From the human T2T-CHM13v2.0 reference genome, Homo sapiens, in the NCBI GenBank assembly GCA_009914755.4, contig CP068257.2, positions 8,992,001 through 9,056,000 of the forward strand: a stretch of 64,000 bases of DNA, written 5' to 3'. The notes below the pieces were generated by a model. It did no database searches and had not been told where the DNA came from. It was given only the letters and a program-made list of their open reading frames with translations. A program made the position numbers and the translations under genes. This document shows, one piece after another, positions 58,448-64,000 of this stretch (positions within the stretch are counted from its first letter, which is position 1; each line of letters begins with the position of its first letter).

Positions 58448-59529
58448 TTTCTTCACCCTTTTGCTTTCTGCCATGGCATTATGTATCAAGAAGGCCCTTG
58501 AAAGTTTTACCAGCCCTTTCACCTTGGACTTCCTGGTCTCTAGAATGGTGAGAAATAAATTTATGTGGTTTATAATTTACATAGTCTCAGGTATTCCATA
58601 ATAGCAGCACAAAATGAATACATGCATAGACAATGATAAATAATAACAAATGTTTTGAAAGCTGTTTATTTTTTGGAGGGGGATCAGCTACTCTGTGACA
58701 TCACAAAAATAATTACAGATTGATTACAAAACAGTTGTGGAATATTACTTCAGAGGTCATAAACCTTAGAATTGTATGGGTAATTAAAACTAGTCTGGTT
58801 TGCCAAATTAGGATATTTTAATGGCTTTTAGTATGTTACATTAACTTTTGAGAAGGCTACGTTTTAATATTATATAAAAATATTACAATTTGAAAAATGC
58901 TAAACAGGATAAAATGCTACCATGTTTTTCAAATAGTTATCTGTTTCTTTCCAGGGCCATATAGCTTCATCATAGTAATCCCCAGCCCAAAATAAGTAGC
59001 CAGTGAGTCACTAAGAAAAACTGGAGTACTAAGGCTGCCTATTGGGAGATGATCAATCTATCAACAAGAACTTATTATCTTGTTGAAAGTCATTGACATT
59101 TAATGAGATATGACATAATGATATTCCACCAAATACAGTAAAATTTGACAGATTAATCTGGGGAATTTGACATCTTAGTAATGATGATTTTTTTCATCCC
59201 ATCTGTTATAATTACCATATATTGTGTAATACAAATTTAGACGTACTGCTTTAGCTGCCTTTCACAAGTTTCAAGAAGTAATATTTACATACTGAGTTCT
59301 AAGGAATTTTATTTGTATTATTATTTTTGTATGTGCTCATTAAATTTTTATGTCCAAAGGGTCTTTTGTTATTTTACTATTGTTACTAATGTCTATAGTG
59401 ATAACAATATGGCTGAAAAATAAGGCCTACGATACTAATTTTTTAATAAGATATGACCAGCACATGATTACTTATCCAAATATATCATGGGTTTTTGAAA
59501 TAATGTATATGCTTTAGTTTGGAAGGGCT

Positions 59530-59899
59530 GTGATATGGTTTGGTTCTGTGTCCCCACCCAAATCTCATCTCGAATTGTATCCCCAGGTGTTGAGGGAGGG
59601 ACCAAGTGGGAGGTGATTGGACCATGGGGGGAGATTTGCCCTTTGCTGTTCTCCTGATAGTGAGTGAGTTCTCAGGAGATCTGATGGTTTAGAAGTGTGG
59701 CACTTCCCCCTTCACTCTTTCTCTTTCTCCTGCCTCTGTGGGAAGATGTGCCTTGCTTCCCCTTTGCCTTCCACCACGATTGTAGGTTTCCTGAGACCTC
59801 CCCAGCCATGCAAAACTGTGAGTCAGTTAAACCTCTTTTCTTCATAAATTACCCAATCTCAGATAGTTCTTTGTAGTATTGTGAAAACAGACTAATACA
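59530..59899 (+). mobile_element. Solo LTR of the MaLR family (THE1/MST-like), about 370 bp, running TG...CA.
   Basis: tgatatggtttggttctgtgtccccacccaaatctcatctcgaattgtatcccc...ggagggaccaagtgggaggtgattggaccatgggggg...cctccccagccatgcaaaactgtgagtcagttaaacctcttttcttcataaattacccaatctcagatagttctttgtagtattgtgaaaacagactaataca. From memory this matches the THE1/MST LTR consensus, which starts TGATATGGTTTGGCTGTGTCCCCACCCAAATCTCATCTTGAATTGTAGC and ends GAACGGACTAATACA. Confidence 0.6.
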
Positions 59900-60273
59900 G
59901 GCTGCATTCCATGTATTTTATTCAGCTTAAACATGTTAATTTTGTTGTTAAAATTTTTATACATATATTGAACTATATATGCATTTAGTCTGTCATTGAC
60001 ATAGCTATCCTTGTTCTATCATTTTTGCTTTGTATATTTTTAAGCTCTTTTATTACTGTAAATTTAAAACAAATATATCTAATATGTACTAAAACTTTTT
60101 GAGTCTGTATTGGTCTTGATCTTGAGTTACAGGTTTTGTTTTGGTTTGCACTCATAATTGTTTTGCCTTAAACTTATTTTACTTTTGACCATCTTTAAGC
60201 ATTAGAAAGTTTTTTTTTAAAATAGTGTACATTTGGATTTTTTTTATTTAGTCCGATAATTTTTTTAATTTAG

Positions 60274-60350
60274 AGACAGGGTCTTGCTAGATTGTCCAGG
60301 TTGGGCATAACCTTCTGGGCTCAGGCAATTCTCTTACCTTAGCCTGTCTC
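60274..60350 (-). mobile_element. Short diverged Alu-like (FLAM/Alu left-monomer) fragment.
   Basis: tagagacagggtcttgctagattgtccaggttgggcataaccttctgggctcaggcaattctcttaccttagcctg resembles the reverse complement of the Alu left monomer (gagacagggtcttgctatgttgcccaggctgg..ctcctgggctcaagcaatcctcc). Confidence 0.4.
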
Positions 60351-60589
60351 ATAGTCTTCAGCTGTGAAACTGTCTTTAGACATGAAACTCAATTGGCAAT
60401 GTTTTTTTCTTAGAGGGAATTTTTAAGGCATTTTTACCATTAATATTTTTAAAATAGTTAATATTTTCATCTATTTCTATAATTTTATGTTTTGCTTTAT
60501 TTTACATCAATTTTCATATTGTTTATTTTTTAAATTTTGGCTTATTTTAGAGTGATAGTTATAGGTTGGTTTTTAATTTATTTGGCCCC

Positions 60590-60900
60590 AGCCCCAAATC
60601 TGAGGATTGGCGTTTTTAAACAATTCTGAGAAACAATCATTCTGATGTGGGCTTCGACTTCATTTACATAGAGTGTACACCAAGTAACCAATGGGAAACC
60701 ACTAGAGGGTTTCCTCAGAAAACTCTGTAATCGGGCTCTTGAGCACCTTTTCTCAGGCCAGCTCCTACCCTGTAGAGTGTACTTTCATTTTCAGTAAATC
60801 TCTGCTTTTGTTGCTTCATTCTTTCCTTGCTTTGTGCATTTTGTCCAGTTCTTTGTTCAAAACGCCAAGGAGCCGGACACGCTCCACCGGTAACAATTAG
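60590..60900 (+). mobile_element. Putative retroviral LTR-like fragment (unclassified ERV). A long A-rich tract follows at 61,100-61,150.
   Basis: Relatively GC-richer block tgtaatcgggctcttgagcaccttttctcaggccagctcc...cagtaaatctctgcttttgttgcttcattctttccttgctttgtgcattttgtccagttctttgttcaaaacgccaaggagccggacacgctccaccggtaaca. It resembles an R-U5/leader-type LTR organisation, but I cannot place it in a family from memory. Confidence 0.3.
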
Positions 60901-63900
60901 ATTGTGTCTCTAGAAACTTAGTGGAGACTTTTAGCTTTTATTTTTGATTTCTACTCAATATTATTGTCAATATGGGCAAATACATTATCTTTCGTTTTTG
61001 TTAACAAGTGGGCATTTTTGTGCACTCAGGAGATCATTCCCTGTGGGGTCTCGTCTCTAAACAACTAACCTTTCACCCTTTGTAGGTTCCAGGTTTGGTA
61101 GTTTATCTCTCAATTTGTGCAAAAAAAAAAAAAAAAGAAAAGGAAAAAAATATATATATACCCACTAAGATTCAGTTCTAGGCCAAAAGTATTCAACAGA
61201 TGTTCTCAGTGTTAATACCAGTTACAGTACTATCTTACTTCTCTGCATTTGTGTTTTTTATTGTTATTATGATTTATGGCCTTTATTTTTATCTATTCAG
61301 GTAAGCGTTTTGGTTTTCTTAAGCCATCCTATGTCTCTGTTTAGACTTTAAATATGTCGTAACTTTTTGCATATAGAAATTCAAAAACATGACAAGTTCT
61401 TTTTTTGTAAGCTAGATATTTACCATGTCTTTTTATATGTTTGTTTTGAATTTTCATGTTATCCTTCTCCTATGTATGCAATGCCTATATACACAAACAT
61501 AGGAGGGCCAATATAATAATGCATTGTTAACATTTTACCAAACCTCCCCCTAGAAATTATTTTTCCCATAATACTTATTGAGGTGAAAGCATAAAAACTA
61601 GTTTAAGATTAAACAGTTATTAAGTGGCAGAAACTGCATGCTGAACTCTTTGTACCTAAACAAATAGTGGACTCATCCAACTACACCATAAAAAGACATG
61701 TCAAAATATTATAAAATTATAAAGAGCTATATATTGGGAAATACTCTAAAGAAGGAGGTAATAAAATGCGAACTGGGTGTATTCAGATCTCATTTATAAT
61801 TTTGAGAAAATGGCTTCATATTACAGTGAAAAAATTTTGTTAATTACCCAATATAAATGTTGTCAAATAAACTGGATATTTGCTTTAAAATGTATCAATT
61901 TAGTTATAATTTATAATTATAATTTATCAATTATTATTTTAATTTACAGTTTAGGAACTAATTGTACTAAAAATAAATTATAAATTGTTTCCAGAATTTC
62001 AGGATTCAAAATTATGTTTTTATATTACAACCATTATATTTGTTTTTGGAAGCCAGTAGTTTGATATACATTTTATATGTACTTCATTTATATCAAGAGG
62101 CAATCTTCTTGAAACATTCTATGGATATCAAGCTTTATATATCAAACTATTAATCTAAGCATATATTTGAAAAAAGGAGATAACAAATTTTCTCTTATAA
62201 AGTAAAATTATTTCATTTATGTATCAAAAATTTCTGTAAATAAAGTGAAATCACACATACTAAAAAAAAAGTCTCTTTAGTGTTGAATAAAATCTAAACA
62301 TTAGATGTTTGATATATAATTTTAAGGAGTTTTCTCTTCTTGTACATCATCCATCTTTATAAAGTTGAAATACTGTTTTGACTTGAAAGTTATGGTATTA
62401 TTTTGTGTTTTTTATATAATCTGATCTCAGATTCAATGTGATAGAGTAAATTTAATGAGAAAGTTATACCTTGTTTTCAGATTCTGCCACTTAATAGCTT
62501 GAAGGCACTGAAATTTAAAATTCACTATATGTTTTTATTAATGATAAAATAATGTCACATCTAATTTACATAATTGTATAAAGCTTTGGAATATTTAAAC
62601 TTATGCAATCACACATTATATGTGGTGGCACAAAGTATTAAATATTATTGCATGAATCATTTTAATTATATTTATTAAAACTTTTCATCTCCCAATAATT
62701 TTTTATTTTGACACTTCAGTAAAAATATTAAAATGATAAAAGTGACATTTTGATGTTATAATTCAAAATTTCCATTGTCTTGAATACATCAGATTGACTA
62801 AAAGGAATATTTAGCACATCTACTACAATATAGAATTTACTGATTTTTAAATATATCAAAAATACCTAACTATTTGTCATTCATCATGTTTTATTCCTGA
62901 TTTAAAACTGAAAACATAATGTATGAAAATATATATTTTTAATTTTTGGGTCATGTACTAATGAAAGACATACAATCATAAGAAATTTCTTTATCCAACC
63001 TGCCTGAAATAATATTCACATGGTCTTGAGTTTCTCAAGGGTTTATTCACTTTTACATAATCATAAGTTTAATTTTTAATAAGATACTAGCATGTAATTA
63101 AAATTTTTAAGTGCATTATCAATTCCAATTAATTTTCAGATCATTTTATACATGATTGTGTCATTTTAAAAGACATTGCTTCCAAATGTAAATAAAGTGA
63201 GCATTCCAGATATATTGTAAAGATTATATTCATGATTGGATTATCTATCTTCAAGGATAAGGAAAAAGTTTTAAACACAAACATTAAATATAAGGTGAGG
63301 GTGTAATATTGACTTATTTGTAATTAGAAAACTAGATCTAAACATTCTCTTAGCAAAAATAGGTGAACCATTCTGGAGCAAATTACTAATATAAATTATT
63401 TGGAGGTAAACGTCAGTTTTGCACCTAATGCACAGTTATTCATATTTCTTTATAATAAATGATTACTAGAAATTCATATACTATGCATAAGTAAGCATTT
63501 CCATAGGCTGTCAACCTAAAATAAGCATATGCAAAATATTAGGACTGTATACACGTATTGTTTTAAAATAAGAGTTGACTTCCATGAATTTTGAGATTTT
63601 ATTACAGAAGATAAAAATGCTTTATTGTTTCTGGTTTTATACAAATAACATTTATCAGTTCACACCATTTATAACTGATAATCTATCTGTACTTAAAATT
63701 TTCAAGCTTCCTTGTTAATTTAAATATTGTTATTCTTCCATGAAGAAAATTATCATTATCATTTTAGAGATAATCTTGATAAACTCTCAAAAAGTTTGTA
63801 CTACAGAAGAATTTTCTTTAGGTTTTCACATCATCCACTGTAATAGGTAATAACTGGTGCCTGAATTTTTTTCTCAAGCATTGGGAAATGAACATAGTTA

Positions 63901-64000
63901 TTGACTCACATAAAATATTTATCCTGTATCTCATATTTTAAGTTGACCGTGTTGAATATGACAATTAATGTCAATATTTGAGTCTAATGTATTTGCAGAA

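Overview
The window contains no prokaryotic system and no protein-coding gene I can support. It is primate (human-type) genomic DNA: nine recognisable Alu SINEs, two L1 3' ends and a MaLR-type LTR are present.

Two compartments are visible. (1) Positions 1 to ~30,790 are one uninterrupted, single-orientation array of the pentameric satellite (ATTCC/CATTC)n on the + strand, i.e. (GGAAT)n on the - strand. This is the Human Satellite III (HSat3) type of pericentromeric or acrocentric heterochromatin. It shows kb-scale higher-order landmark periodicity in the first 13 kb, a change of array character after ~13.3 kb, short local tandem duplications, and a 60-bp Alu fragment embedded at 693-752. (2) From ~30,791 to 64,000 the sequence is AT-rich and gene-poor. 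It holds nine full or truncated Alus (several AluY-like with intact target-site duplications), two head-to-head L1 3' ends, a solo THE1/MST-like LTR, simple repeats, and two striking local structures. One is a near-perfect 72-bp-arm palindrome at 33.76-33.94 kb. The other is a rearranged inverted partial duplicate of a ~0.5 kb segment (34.3-34.8 kb versus 35.77-36.34 kb), interrupted by an AluY and bounded by short inverted termini and a 26-bp perfect palindrome.

All long ORFs in the six-frame track inside the satellite are artefacts of a stop-poor 5-bp repeat (IPFHS-type low-complexity peptides on both strands). ORFs in the unique part are short and often lie inside Alus. The most interesting biology is structural: a heterochromatin/unique-DNA boundary and a cluster of palindromic, AT-rich rearrangement-prone sequence. 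None of this is a novel coding system.
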